Counted from the stretch's first letter, positions 28,275-38,678 are shown. The stretch is 64,000 bases of DNA from Candidatus Subterrananammoxibius californiae (GCA_030586555.1 JAURAC010000001.1:1-64000), one strand, 5' to 3'. Translations and numbers: made by a program. The notes: generated by a model not told the origin, from the sequence alone.

Positions 28275-29693
28275 ATGTTCAAACGAAAAATCTTTCTGAA
28301 GATATTTCTCGGTTTTATTGCCGTCATTGCGGTATGTATATTAACAGTGTCAGTTTCCACTGGCATATTACTCAAAGGAGATATTACATCCATTTTATGG
28401 ATAGCTTTTATAGGCGTCTTTGTGGCAGGATTTTTCGCCTTGTTCTTTAGCATATTCATTGGTAGAACCCTGACGGAACCCCTTGCGGATATGGTTTATG
28501 TAGCCAGGGATATTTCAAAGGGAAATTTTAGCGCCAGGGCATGGGTCCGTTCTAAAGACGAAATAGGGGTACTCGCAGAATCCATCAACCAGATGAGTGA
28601 AAATCTGGAAGAAAGGATTAAAACCATCAGTGAAAACACAAACGAACTCATGGCAATACTTTCCAGTATGATTGAGGGGGTAGTTGCAATTGATGAAAAT
28701 GAAAGGGTTATAATGATTAATGAGGCTGCCAAAAAGATGTTTAATCTTTACGATGATAGCATAATCGGCCGCCCCTACTGGGAGATTATACGAAACAATG
28801 AGCTTTATAACTGCATAGCCAAAGTGCTTGTCGAAGGGCATACAAAGAGGGCAGAAATTACAGATGAGCTTTCTGGTAACAGGGTCTTTCGTGCACAGGT
28901 AGCGCCCATCTTTGAGCAGCCTGCTGACAAGGAACAAGAAGAAAAAAAGGTTACTGGCGCCGTCTTAGTATTTAATGATATAACGGACTTAAGAAGGTTA
29001 GAAAAGGTGCGGATAGATTTTGTTGCCAATGTCTCTCATGAACTTAAGACGCCCATCACCTCTATAAAGGGCTTTGTGGAGACCCTTAAAGAAAGGGCAT
29101 TAAATGAGCCAGAAAACGCTCGAAAATTTCTTGACATAATCGAAAGCCATACAAACCGCCTGAATAACCTCATTAACGACCTCCTGAATCTTTCAAGGAT
29201 AGAGTCAAAAGACATTCCTCTTAAAATAATAAAGATTGACGCTCTCCCAGTAATTAACAAGGTGGCTGGAGGTCTTACCCATAGGTTCCAGGAGAAAAAG
29301 CAGGTATTGAGCATAGAGTTTCCTGATAATTTTCCTCAACTTATGGCAGATGAATCCCTCTTAGAACAGGCGATTACCAACCTTCTCGACAATGCAATAA
29401 AATATACTCAGGATGGGGGCAAAATCACCGTCTCCGGGGTGGCTGAGAAGAATTGGATAAGGCTTGAGGTTGCCGATACAGGTATTGGTATCCCGGCAAA
29501 AGACCTGCCACGCATCTTCGAACGATTCTACAGGGTGGATAAAGCCCGCTCCAGGGAGATGGGGGGCACAGGTCTTGGACTTGCCATCGTAAAGCACATC
29601 ATGGTCGCCCACGGCGGCTCTGTAACAGTCGAAAGCAAGCTCGGCGCCGGCAGCAAATTCACACTCCTCTTCCCCAAAACCCAATCGCCGTGA
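28275..29693 (+). CDS. phoR: PhoR-like sensor histidine kinase (HAMP-PAS-HisKA-HATPase)
   Basis: ANVSHELKTP, NLLDNAIKY, FYRVDKARSR..GGTGLGLAIVKH. Confidence 0.85.
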   Translation: MFKRKIFLKIFLGFIAVIAVCILTVSVSTGILLKGDITSILWIAFIGVFVAGFFALFFSIFIGRTLTEPLADMVYVARDISKGNFSARAWVRSKDEIGVLAESINQMSENLEERIKTISENTNELMAILSSMIEGVVAIDENERVIMINEAAKKMFNLYDDSIIGRPYWEIIRNNELYNCIAKVLVEGHTKRAEITDELSGNRVFRAQVAPIFEQPADKEQEEKKVTGAVLVFNDITDLRRLEKVRIDFVANVSHELKTPITSIKGFVETLKERALNEPENARKFLDIIESHTNRLNNLINDLLNLSRIESKDIPLKIIKIDALPVINKVAGGLTHRFQEKKQVLSIEFPDNFPQLMADESLLEQAITNLLDNAIKYTQDGGKITVSGVAEKNWIRLEVADTGIGIPAKDLPRIFERFYRVDKARSREMGGTGLGLAIVKHIMVAHGGSVTVESKLGAGSKFTLLFPKTQSP

Positions 29694-29766
29694 TTTATCA
29701 AGTCACGAGTTATAAATCATGGGTCATAGGCAATAGCCCATAGCCTCGTTGCTCATTGCTATTTAG

Positions 29767-31143
29767 CTATTTGCACTCAAAATTCACATTATTTACACTC
29801 CAGCCATAAGGAACACCTACGATTTTTCTGCCCCCGCCTCTACACCTTCTTACCTTTATTTTGCCTACACCCTCTGGAAGGAAAAATTGATAACAGCCGT
29901 TATCATCTGTTAAAGTTTTCATGCTTATCCTTGGTCCCCCAGGAAAAAGCCTCCCTTCAAATATTACGGACCTCCATGCAAGCGTCACCCCTGTATCCTT
30001 TTCCGTTACCTGGCCCGATATACAACCTGAAGCACTACCGATAGGACACTGGCACGTAGCATCACGCGCAGAAAAGTGGGCAAACTTGAGGTTGCTATTG
30101 CCCACATCAAGATATGATATAGCCGGGTTGCCAGATGAATCAAAGGCAAGGGATGTGTACCAGCCCACACCGCCTGAGGGGTCAACGATAGTTTTAACCC
30201 ACAAGGTGCCATTAAAGCGGGCATACTTGAGGAGTCCTCCGTTGGCAGAATCAAGATATGATATAGTCGGGTTGCCCGATGCGTCAAAAGCAAGGGAGGT
30301 GTACCCGCCCACACCACCCGAGGAGTCAACAATTGTATTAACCCATGAGGTGCCGTTAAAGTGGGCATATTTGGGGCGGCCGTTGCGCCAATCAAAATGT
30401 GATATAGCCGGATTGCCGGATGCGTCAAAGGCGAGGGAGGTGTACATACCCACGCCCATTGAGGAGTCAGCATGAGTTCTATCCCATGAAACACCATTAA
30501 AGTGGGCATACTTGAGGTTGTCGTTGGTCATATCATAATATGATATACCAGGCTTACCAGAACCGTCAAAGGCAAGGGATGTGTACCAGCCCACGTCCCC
30601 GCTGGAGTCAACGCGGGTTATAACCCACGAGGTACCATTAAAGCGGGCAAGTTTGAGGTCATAGTTGGGGTAATCTTCCAGATATGATATGGCGGGGTTG
30701 TGCGATGCATCAAATGCAAGGGAGTTCCAGTAGCCCACCCTTCCTGAGGAGTCAACGGTCTTTATATCCCAATCAGTACCGTTAAAGCGGGCAACCTTGA
30801 GGGATTGGTTAATAATATCATGATATGATATAGCAGGATTATTTGATGAGTCAAAGGCAAGTGAGACATTCCAACCAACCCACCCTGCGGCGTCAATGGG
30901 TGTTATATCCCATGAGGTGCCGTTAAAGCGGGCATATTTGAGTTTACCATTGTCCCCATCAAAATATGCTATAGCTGGGTTGCCCGATGAGTCAAAGGCA
31001 AGGGATGTGTCCAGGCCCACGGATATTGAAGAGTCAACGGTCTCGATTTGCCATCCTGCCATTGCGGAAGAATTTATCAGGCAAAGGGAAAACAGAACCA
31101 CAATAAAGAGTCCTGCAACCGTATGTAAACGCATTTTTATCAT
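29767..31143 (-). CDS. Secreted beta-propeller protein (7 repeats of ~49 aa) with C-terminal beta-sandwich
   Basis: Signal peptide; seven SLAFD..G.P.ISY repeats. Confidence 0.8.
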   Translation of the reverse strand: MIKMRLHTVAGLFIVVLFSLCLINSSAMAGWQIETVDSSISVGLDTSLAFDSSGNPAIAYFDGDNGKLKYARFNGTSWDITPIDAAGWVGWNVSLAFDSSNNPAISYHDIINQSLKVARFNGTDWDIKTVDSSGRVGYWNSLAFDASHNPAISYLEDYPNYDLKLARFNGTSWVITRVDSSGDVGWYTSLAFDGSGKPGISYYDMTNDNLKYAHFNGVSWDRTHADSSMGVGMYTSLAFDASGNPAISHFDWRNGRPKYAHFNGTSWVNTIVDSSGGVGGYTSLAFDASGNPTISYLDSANGGLLKYARFNGTLWVKTIVDPSGGVGWYTSLAFDSSGNPAISYLDVGNSNLKFAHFSARDATCQCPIGSASGCISGQVTEKDTGVTLAWRSVIFEGRLFPGGPRISMKTLTDDNGCYQFFLPEGVGKIKVRRCRGGGRKIVGVPYGWSVNNVNFECK

Positions 31144-31364
31144 ATTATCTCCTTTTATGACTGTAATGCTCCATACACTCTAAAGACGTTATGTGGTTAC
31201 AAATTTCGCTATAATCATAAATAGTAAAGTTCGCCCTGTCAAGGATTTTTTTCCCCACCCAAAAAGCAAGACTGAAAGAGTGTCTGCGGGACTCGTTTTT
31301 GACCCTTTTTCGCTTGAATCTAATAAACATGTCCTGTACCATATACTCATGGTCAATCATTATT

Positions 31365-31436
31365 GTAGACAACGATGTTCGGGTGCCCGCTTTGTGGGCG
31401 CGTTGATTTCAACGAACATAAAGTTCGTTGTCTACC
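31365..31436. repeat. GTAG-type double-hairpin element with a nested insert
   Basis: gtagacaacg...cgttgtctac; shares one arm with the tldD insert. Confidence 0.75.
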
Positions 31437-31449
31437 GGAAGGGGACTCA

Positions 31450-31950
31450 GTGAAAAATATTAAAATGGTGATTATAGATGTAGATGGAGTATTAACTGAC
31501 GGTAAGATAATAGTAGATGTAGAAGGAGAGGAGGTCAAAAACTTTCACGTTCGTGACGGAACTGGAGTCAAGTATTTACAACGTGCTGGTCTTAACTGTG
31601 CCGTAATCAGCGGCAGGAAATGCGCTGCCGTAGAACATCGTCTCAGGGAACTGGGTATTAAGGACGTATTCCAAAATGCCATTAATAAAATAGAAGCTTA
31701 CGAACAAATTGTTACGAAGTATAATCTAAAGGATGAAGAAGTATGTTATATCGGTGACGACTTGATAGACATCCCCATTTTTCGCCGTGTTGGTTTTTCT
31801 GCTGCGGTGCCCGATGCGCCCGAGGAGGTAAAAGAGATTGCAACATATATTACAAAAACCCCTGGCGGGCAGGGTGCTGTGCGAGAAGTAATTGAGAAGA
31901 TATTAAAATTTCAAGATAAGTGGGGAACAATTATGGAACGGTACGTATAA
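31450..31950 (+). CDS. kdsC: KDO 8-phosphate phosphatase (HAD family)
   Basis: DVDGVLTDG, YIGDD..D, GGQGAVRE; likely start GTG 31450. Confidence 0.92.
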   Translation: MKNIKMVIIDVDGVLTDGKIIVDVEGEEVKNFHVRDGTGVKYLQRAGLNCAVISGRKCAAVEHRLRELGIKDVFQNAINKIEAYEQIVTKYNLKDEEVCYIGDDLIDIPIFRRVGFSAAVPDAPEEVKEIATYITKTPGGQGAVREVIEKILKFQDKWGTIMERYV

Positions 31951-31999
31951 CCAATTTAAGTAGAGACGTGAAATTTTACGTCTCTACGGCTTTTAAAAA

Positions 32000-33946
32000 A
32001 TGTCAAAACGAAAGATAATATATATTTCCATAGCCATAGGCTGTATCATGGCGCTTTTCCTTTCCGTTATGGGCTTGCTGCCAGATATACTTGTTGAAAA
32101 GATGGATAAGGAACCCCTTGAAGAGACGCAACGCATTGCGTCTCTTCCAGAGCCCCAACATAAAGTAGAAGAAACGGAAGTAAGCCAGGCAATTGAGGGC
32201 ATTTACCTCCCAACTTATGATAAGGCTGGTAAAGAGCAACTGGTACTTAGAGGAGAACATGCAGTTTTTGTTAATAATAGGTTATATAAAATCACTAACC
32301 CTATTATTGACCTCTATTATGTGTCTGAAGAAAAACCTTCGGCAAACCCCATACCTGTTACAATAACCTCTTTACATGGAGAAATGGACAAGATAACTAA
32401 CATAGGTATCCTCTATGATAATGTGGTTATAAAACTCACCGAAAAGATGAACGCATATACAGACAATCTGAAATACGAACCAGATAAAAAAAGAATCCAT
32501 ACAGATGTCACTATCACTATTATCGGGGAAGGAATGAAGGCCGTTGGAAAGGGATTTGTGGCTGACTTAATGGAGCAGAGCGTACAGATTAAAAACGATG
32601 TGGAGCTCGATATACACGGACAAACGACGACCCGTCCACTGGACGGGTACCCCGCCGTACCATCTCAAAGTACTCACATTACTTCGAGCGGGCCCTTTGT
32701 ATTTGAGAAACGGACAAATACCGCTACGTTCATGAGCAAGGCACGTGTAAGCAGAGGCACATTAACGTTGCTTGCTGACAACGTAGCTTTTCATCTTAAT
32801 CCAGATAATGGGAAATTAACTCAGTTAGTAGCCGGTGGAAATGTGGTGGTGACAGACGAGCCAACCGTAGCTAAAGCAAATACCCTTACCTGGGATGTCG
32901 CATTGCAGACGGCGACCTTAGAGGGAGACGGGGCACCCAATGCTGAAAGCATCGGGTTGGCGGAGCTTTCCGAAGGTAATACCTCTATTGCTTCCTCTAA
33001 AATAATCCTGAACCAAAAAGATAACAGCATTGAGGCGCCCTCAGAAGGACGGCTTACCTTCTTTGAAAAAAAGGCAAGCCAATCTGCATCAGGCGAATTA
33101 ACATATTCCAGTCAGTCTACATCCTCTTCTATTATTACATGGAAAGGAAGTATGTCCTTTAAGAAGGACATACACGAAGCCCTGTTCAAGAAGGGTGTCG
33201 AAGTAACGAAGGAAGATACAAAAATAAACTGCGGTATTCTACTTGTAAACTTCGAGACGGATAATTCAAGTGTAAAGACCGTAAAAGCTACTAAAGGCGT
33301 CCAGCTTTTAGAAACAAAAGGGGGCATAAAAAGAGAAGCTAAAGCCTCGCAGGTTATATGGGAAGCAGGGGGTAATCTTGTAGAGATGGTAGCAGAACCC
33401 TATGCATGGGTACAGGAAGGGAACATGCAGCTCTCCGCGCCCTACATAATGTTCTTTGACAATGGACAGAAAATAATTGGCGAGGGTCAGGGTAATCTCT
33501 CTATAAAGCCTGAAAACAAAGATGGCAAGAATGCGGACAAACCGCCTCAGGCGGAGCCAATTGACGTTAGCTGGCTCGATAGGATGGTCATTGATAAGGC
33601 AGGACAGAATGCATTTTTTTATGGCGGCGTAAAGACCATTAAGGGTGAACAGAAAATTGATAGCGACCAGTTGGACGTCTTCCTTAGTAGTAATAATGAT
33701 TTCGATAAGATTATAGCAAAGGGAAACGTATATTTTAAAGACTTAAGAAAGGGTGGCGTTGAAGGCATTGGAGATATAGCTAACTGGGATTGCCAGCTGG
33801 GCTTCGTCGTCATTGGCGGCAACCCAAAGGCTGAATTGCGGCGTGACAAATATCGCTCCTTTTCAAGGCTCATCTCTTACGACCTTCAATCTCAGCATAT
33901 AAACTGGGAGAAAAACACCCACATACAAATCCCCTTTTCAAGGTGA
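32000..33946 (+). CDS. LptC/LptA (OstA-like) beta-jellyroll protein
   Basis: N-terminal membrane anchor, repeated F...V / A.GNV motifs; follows kdsC. Confidence 0.7.
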   Translation: MSKRKIIYISIAIGCIMALFLSVMGLLPDILVEKMDKEPLEETQRIASLPEPQHKVEETEVSQAIEGIYLPTYDKAGKEQLVLRGEHAVFVNNRLYKITNPIIDLYYVSEEKPSANPIPVTITSLHGEMDKITNIGILYDNVVIKLTEKMNAYTDNLKYEPDKKRIHTDVTITIIGEGMKAVGKGFVADLMEQSVQIKNDVELDIHGQTTTRPLDGYPAVPSQSTHITSSGPFVFEKRTNTATFMSKARVSRGTLTLLADNVAFHLNPDNGKLTQLVAGGNVVVTDEPTVAKANTLTWDVALQTATLEGDGAPNAESIGLAELSEGNTSIASSKIILNQKDNSIEAPSEGRLTFFEKKASQSASGELTYSSQSTSSSIITWKGSMSFKKDIHEALFKKGVEVTKEDTKINCGILLVNFETDNSSVKTVKATKGVQLLETKGGIKREAKASQVIWEAGGNLVEMVAEPYAWVQEGNMQLSAPYIMFFDNGQKIIGEGQGNLSIKPENKDGKNADKPPQAEPIDVSWLDRMVIDKAGQNAFFYGGVKTIKGEQKIDSDQLDVFLSSNNDFDKIIAKGNVYFKDLRKGGVEGIGDIANWDCQLGFVVIGGNPKAELRRDKYRSFSRLISYDLQSQHINWEKNTHIQIPFSR

Positions 33947-35784
33947 AAAGCATGGAAAAAAAAATAGATACCAGAATACAGAAGACTGAACACAGACAAC
34001 AGAAGATAGACAACAGATGGTTGTATTTTATTTTGTCTGTATTCTGTGCTCTGGTCTGTCTGTGCTCTGTGTCATCAGTGTTTGCCGATGTTTCTACGGA
34101 GCTAACCGTCGTAGCATGCTGCGGAGTTCCGGGAGATGCTCCCGAAAATACATTTGCCGCCTTCGAACGGGCAATACAACTTGGAGCAAACGGAATAAAG
34201 ATTGATGTAAGAAAGACAAAGGATGGAAAATTGATTCTTATGCAAGACCCAACAATTGACCGCACTACAGATGGAAAGGGTTATGTAGAGTCACTGCTTT
34301 ATGACGAGATACAATTGTATGATGCCGGTTCATGGATGAATAAAAAATTTAAAGGACAAAGAGTGCCTCTACTTTCTGATGTGCTGAAATTTGTAAAGGC
34401 AAATAACATTAAGGCAGTTCTCGACGTTAAACAGCAAGAAATCGAAGACCAGATACTCTTACTTATTGAAGAACTCGGTGTGGCAAAACAAATCTATTTC
34501 TGGGGAAGCCTTCGGGGTATCAGGGGTCTGGAGTCTGAATTGCCAGGGAAAGACCTTTTTTTTGTAGCACCCGAGAACCTTACAAAGGAAGCGATTGAAA
34601 ATGCTCATACAGAGAGGAAGCTTGCAGTAACTACCATGCTCGATTGCGACGACAGGGAATCCATGAAAGAAAAACTAATGAAAGGCATAGACGTTGTGCT
34701 TGTTGACTACCCCTGCCTCGTGAAAGATATTTTACAAAAAGAGGGAATATCCACCTCCAGCGGACCCAAATTGAAATCTGCAGAAAGCCTCAGTCTCGGC
34801 GTAATTACCTCCACCCCCCCTTTAGAGAAGGAGGGATTTGATGTACGTGCATTAATTGACATTGTAACTGAACCTGACGCGGATAAATCGAGGATGGCAG
34901 CCCTATCATTAGCAGGTTACCCATCGGCAGAAACAGTTCCGCAATTAGTAAAACTCTCAAAAAGCTGGAATGTAGTAGCAAGGCGAAATGCGACGTGGGC
35001 ATTGGGGTTTTTAAAAGATAAAAAGGCTGTAGAAACATTAATTACTAAATTAAGCGATAAAGATGTTGAAGTAAGGAGGGAGGCGGCGCTCGGCTTGAAG
35101 AGACAGTCAGACCCCGCCTCGATATCAGAGTTAATTAACACACTTCTTCATGACGAGAATGCAAAGGTCAGGTTTGATGCGGCTCGTGCATTAGGCGATA
35201 TAGAAGATAAAATAGTAGTATCTCCACTGATTACCGCTTTAAAAAATGATACTGATTGGGATATACGCAGTGTCTGTGCTCGTGCATTGGGACAAATTAA
35301 GGACGCTAAGGCAGTTGAGGCGTTAGGAACAATACTTGTGGCTGATACTTTCTGCCAGGAAGCATGCTGGACACGTGAAATGTCAGCACGGGCGCTTGCA
35401 GAAATAGGGAAACCATCTGTAGAAACCCTGATTGCCGCTTTAAGGGATAATGAAGAATGTACACGCAGAAGAGCAAGCTGGGCGCTTATTTATATTGGTC
35501 AACCCGCTGCTCCTGCGGTAGCTTCTGCATTATTCGACCCAAATCATCTCGTGCGAAGGCGTGCCGCCTTAATATTGGGATGGATAGAGGATGATGCCGC
35601 TCTATACCCCCTTCTCCGTGCAATTAAGGATGATGAGCCAACGGTAAGACAGACTGCTGCCTGGGCACTCGGAAGATTGGGTGACCCCAGGGCAAAAAGC
35701 GCCCTGAATGTCGCTGTTAATGATAAGAGCAACCCCGTAAAAGAAAATGCCCTTGAGGCAATCAAAAGATTAACATTGGATTAA
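33943..35784 (+). CDS. Glycerophosphodiester phosphodiesterase-like domain fused to HEAT repeats
   Basis: PENT..AF..A, DV..TKDG, T.DRTT, DAGSW; C-terminal VR..AA.ALG repeats. Confidence 0.85.
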   Translation: MKSMEKKIDTRIQKTEHRQQKIDNRWLYFILSVFCALVCLCSVSSVFADVSTELTVVACCGVPGDAPENTFAAFERAIQLGANGIKIDVRKTKDGKLILMQDPTIDRTTDGKGYVESLLYDEIQLYDAGSWMNKKFKGQRVPLLSDVLKFVKANNIKAVLDVKQQEIEDQILLLIEELGVAKQIYFWGSLRGIRGLESELPGKDLFFVAPENLTKEAIENAHTERKLAVTTMLDCDDRESMKEKLMKGIDVVLVDYPCLVKDILQKEGISTSSGPKLKSAESLSLGVITSTPPLEKEGFDVRALIDIVTEPDADKSRMAALSLAGYPSAETVPQLVKLSKSWNVVARRNATWALGFLKDKKAVETLITKLSDKDVEVRREAALGLKRQSDPASISELINTLLHDENAKVRFDAARALGDIEDKIVVSPLITALKNDTDWDIRSVCARALGQIKDAKAVEALGTILVADTFCQEACWTREMSARALAEIGKPSVETLIAALRDNEECTRRRASWALIYIGQPAAPAVASALFDPNHLVRRRAALILGWIEDDAALYPLLRAIKDDEPTVRQTAAWALGRLGDPRAKSALNVAVNDKSNPVKENALEAIKRLTLD

Positions 35785-35796
35785 GGAGAAAGAGAC

Positions 35797-36150
35797 ATGT
35801 TTCATGCCGGTCTATTGGTCTTGGGTATTGTAGCTGGTGTATTTGGAGGACTTTTTGGTATTGGAGGAGGGACTATAGTTATTCCTGCCCTTGTCTATTT
35901 ATTTGGACTAAGCCAGCATCAGGCACAGGGAACGTCCTTAGCAATGATGGTTCCACCCGTTACATTTCTTGCTGCATGGAAGTATTATCAAGGTGGACAT
36001 ATCAACCTCAAGATAGCAGCTTTTATAGCGCTTGGTTTTATTATCGGCGGTCTAATCGGCGCAACCGTTGTCCAGCCCGTAAGTGACCCTCTTTTAAAAA
36101 AGGGTTTTGGAGTATTTTTGCTATTTGTAGGTGTAAGGATGCTTTTTTAA
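35797..36150 (+). CDS. TauE/SafE (TSUP) family small transporter
   Basis: GLFGIGGG....PAL, QHQAQGTSL. Confidence 0.85.
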   Translation: MFHAGLLVLGIVAGVFGGLFGIGGGTIVIPALVYLFGLSQHQAQGTSLAMMVPPVTFLAAWKYYQGGHINLKIAAFIALGFIIGGLIGATVVQPVSDPLLKKGFGVFLLFVGVRMLF

Positions 36151-36168
36151 GTTACCTTTTTGAAAAAA

Positions 36169-37692
36169 ATGAAAACAGGCATTGTTTATCTTATAGGCGC
36201 AGGTCCCGGAGACCCGTCTCTTATCAGCGTTAAGGGACTGGAATGTATCAGGAAGGCTGACGTTTTAATTTATGATTACTTAGTAAGCGCAGACCTTCTT
36301 AGAGAGGCAAGGGAAGGCACAGAAGTAATCTACGTTGGCAAAAAGGGCAGCGTCCATACCTTGGAGCAGGAAGAAATAAATCAACTTCTTGTAGATAAGG
36401 CACGGGAAGGCAGAACCATTGTCAGGCTCAAAGGGGGAGACCCCTTTGTATTCGGGAGAGGCGGAGAAGAGGCGCTCTTTCTTAAACAAAACGATGTACC
36501 GTTTGAGATTGTCCCGGGCATTACCGCCGCAGTAGCCGCCCCTGCCTATGCCGGCATCCCCGTTACTCACCGTGACTATACAGCCACGCTTGGCCTCGTT
36601 ACAGGCCATGAGGACCCCACCAAGGAAGTAAGCAATATTAATTGGGAAAAAATCAGCACAGGCATTGGAACACTTACCTTTTATATGGGCATTAAGAACC
36701 TGCCTAAAATTGTAGAAAATCTTATCAAATATGGAAGACCCAAGGATACCCCCGTTGCAGTAATACGATGGGGTACTACGCCTGAACAACAAACCGTGGT
36801 GGGCACATTAAAAGATATTGTTGAAAAAACAAAGGACTTGATGCCTCCTGCTATAACAATCGTGGGCGAGGTGGTGAAGCTAAGGGAGCAGTTGAACTGG
36901 TTTGAGTCGAAGCCCCTTTTCGGCAAGATAATAGCAATTACCCGCTCACGTGACCAGGCAAGTGAATTCGCTGAACAACTCCAGGAACGTGGCGCAAAGG
37001 TAATAGAATTTCCCACCATAAAAACTGTTCCGCCAGACAACCTTGAGCCTATGGATAAAGCAATCAAAAAGATTGAATCCTTTGATTGGCTCATCTTTAC
37101 CAGCGTAAACGGCGTTGATGCCTTCTTCGGGAGGCTCTTTGACCTTGGTAAAGACATTCGCAGCCTTAAAGGTGTAAAGATTTGCTCTATAGGGCCTGCT
37201 ACTACCGAAAGGATTAAGGGTTTTTATCTTCATGTAGATTGCCAGCCCTCAAAATATGTGGCGGAGAGCATTGTTGAAGAGCTTAAGAAGGCTGAAAACC
37301 TTAAAGGCAAAAAGATACTTATGCCCAGGGCAGATATAGCGCGAAGCTATCTTCCTGATGAACTCCAGAAGCTCGGCGCGGAAGCTGTCGAGGTGATTGC
37401 CTATAAGACGATACTCGCAACGCCTGAGGATGCAAGCCTGCTGGAAAGGCTCAGAAAGGGTAATGTAGATGTAGTAACCTTTACCAGTTCGTCTACGGTC
37501 AGGAATTTTGTAGAGGTGGTGGGCAAAGAATATATATCGAGGTTAAATGGAAGGGTCAAATTTGTTAGCATCGGACCAATAACAACAAGGACGGCCGAAG
37601 AACATGGCATCCACGTCTCCTTGGAGGCTAAAGAACACACAATCCCGGGACTCGTGGAGGCAATTGTTAAATTTGTGGGTCATCAGCAATGA
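36169..37692 (+). CDS. cobA: Uroporphyrinogen-III C-methyltransferase / synthase fusion (CobA-HemD)
   Basis: GAGPGDP, RLKGGDPFVFGRGGEE; HemD half with FTSVNGV, FTSSSTV. Confidence 0.95.
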   Translation: MKTGIVYLIGAGPGDPSLISVKGLECIRKADVLIYDYLVSADLLREAREGTEVIYVGKKGSVHTLEQEEINQLLVDKAREGRTIVRLKGGDPFVFGRGGEEALFLKQNDVPFEIVPGITAAVAAPAYAGIPVTHRDYTATLGLVTGHEDPTKEVSNINWEKISTGIGTLTFYMGIKNLPKIVENLIKYGRPKDTPVAVIRWGTTPEQQTVVGTLKDIVEKTKDLMPPAITIVGEVVKLREQLNWFESKPLFGKIIAITRSRDQASEFAEQLQERGAKVIEFPTIKTVPPDNLEPMDKAIKKIESFDWLIFTSVNGVDAFFGRLFDLGKDIRSLKGVKICSIGPATTERIKGFYLHVDCQPSKYVAESIVEELKKAENLKGKKILMPRADIARSYLPDELQKLGAEAVEVIAYKTILATPEDASLLERLRKGNVDVVTFTSSSTVRNFVEVVGKEYISRLNGRVKFVSIGPITTRTAEEHGIHVSLEAKEHTIPGLVEAIVKFVGHQQ

Positions 37693-38369
37693 AATTAGAA
37701 ATTGCAAAATGCATCCGCCTCATGCGGATTAAATTTACACTTTACAATCTACAATTCTGTATAATCATCATTTTGTGGTTTACCTTATTGGAAGGAATTT
37801 CTTACGCCTTTGAAGCGCCAACGCCATACCCTCCAGAACTAAGGCACGATGTGGAATTGTTTATTAACGTTTACGATGCCATTTTTGATGCAAAAAGGAC
37901 AAAGTCGAAAAGGGCTATAGAACTCTGGGATGCCCTGATTGACCACGAGGCGTATAAAGAGATTAATCTTGAAAGGCCTTATGAGTTTTGGGACTGGGCA
38001 CAGGCACGAACCTTGAAAAAGGACTTTATCGAGCCGGCACACAATCTATTGGAAAAGGGCACAATAACAGACCCACAAAAAGCCCTATGGCAGATTTCTA
38101 AGATTGATGGTTATGAATTGATAGGGAGCAAATTTGTTGTTTATACACGCTACGCCCGCATATATCAGGACAAGGACTATTTTGGGTTTGCCATATTTAA
38201 GATTAAGTTTGTAGGGGCGAACGGCCGTTCGCCCCTTCTCGACATTAAGAAATGGAACGAACCACCATACGCCTCGAATTGGAAGATTTCTGGCATGCGC
38301 TGGAAACCCATAACCCAACCGGCGTACAATAAAAAGGTCTTTGAGGATTACCCGATTGTGGACTGGTAG
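37689..38369 (+). CDS. Hypothetical exported protein
   Basis: Hydrophobic N-terminus; in-frame REP at 38211-38238. Confidence 0.6.
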   Translation: MKLEIAKCIRLMRIKFTLYNLQFCIIIILWFTLLEGISYAFEAPTPYPPELRHDVELFINVYDAIFDAKRTKSKRAIELWDALIDHEAYKEINLERPYEFWDWAQARTLKKDFIEPAHNLLEKGTITDPQKALWQISKIDGYELIGSKFVVYTRYARIYQDKDYFGFAIFKIKFVGANGRSPLLDIKKWNEPPYASNWKISGMRWKPITQPAYNKKVFEDYPIVDW

Positions 38370-38391
38370 CGTTTTTTAAGGCAAGGAATAT

Positions 38392-38637
38392 ATGGACGAT
38401 TATTTTGTTTGTCCAAATTGTGGAGCTGAAGTTTCACCAAAAGCTAAGGCTTGCCCAGAGTGCGGCTCGGATGAAAATACTGGTTGGTCCGAAGATACTA
38501 TGTATGATGGCTTAGACCTTCCAGAGGGTGAGACATCCAGCAAACAATCCTCATCCTCTTTGTTTCAAAATAAATACTTTATGTGCATTGTGGCGTTCGC
38601 TGCCATTTTGACCTTTTTGTGGATATATTTACTATAA
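38392..38637 (+). CDS. Zinc-ribbon membrane protein
   Basis: CPNCG..CPECG plus a C-terminal TM helix. Confidence 0.8.
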   Translation: MDDYFVCPNCGAEVSPKAKACPECGSDENTGWSEDTMYDGLDLPEGETSSKQSSSSLFQNKYFMCIVAFAAILTFLWIYLL

Positions 38638-38678
38638 GATTTAGGCAAAGAGCTGATGTGATTTCTGAAATTTAAAAT

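Noticed and set aside
29767..31143. Regularly spaced DNA repeats as a possible CRISPR array or DGR
   Set aside because: The repeats are in-frame protein repeats of ~147 nt with no unique spacers; no cas or reverse transcriptase gene is in the window.
31375..31449. N-terminal CPLC extension of KdsC in the ORF track
   Set aside because: It is translated repeat DNA; the SD-like GAAGGGG precedes GTG 31450.
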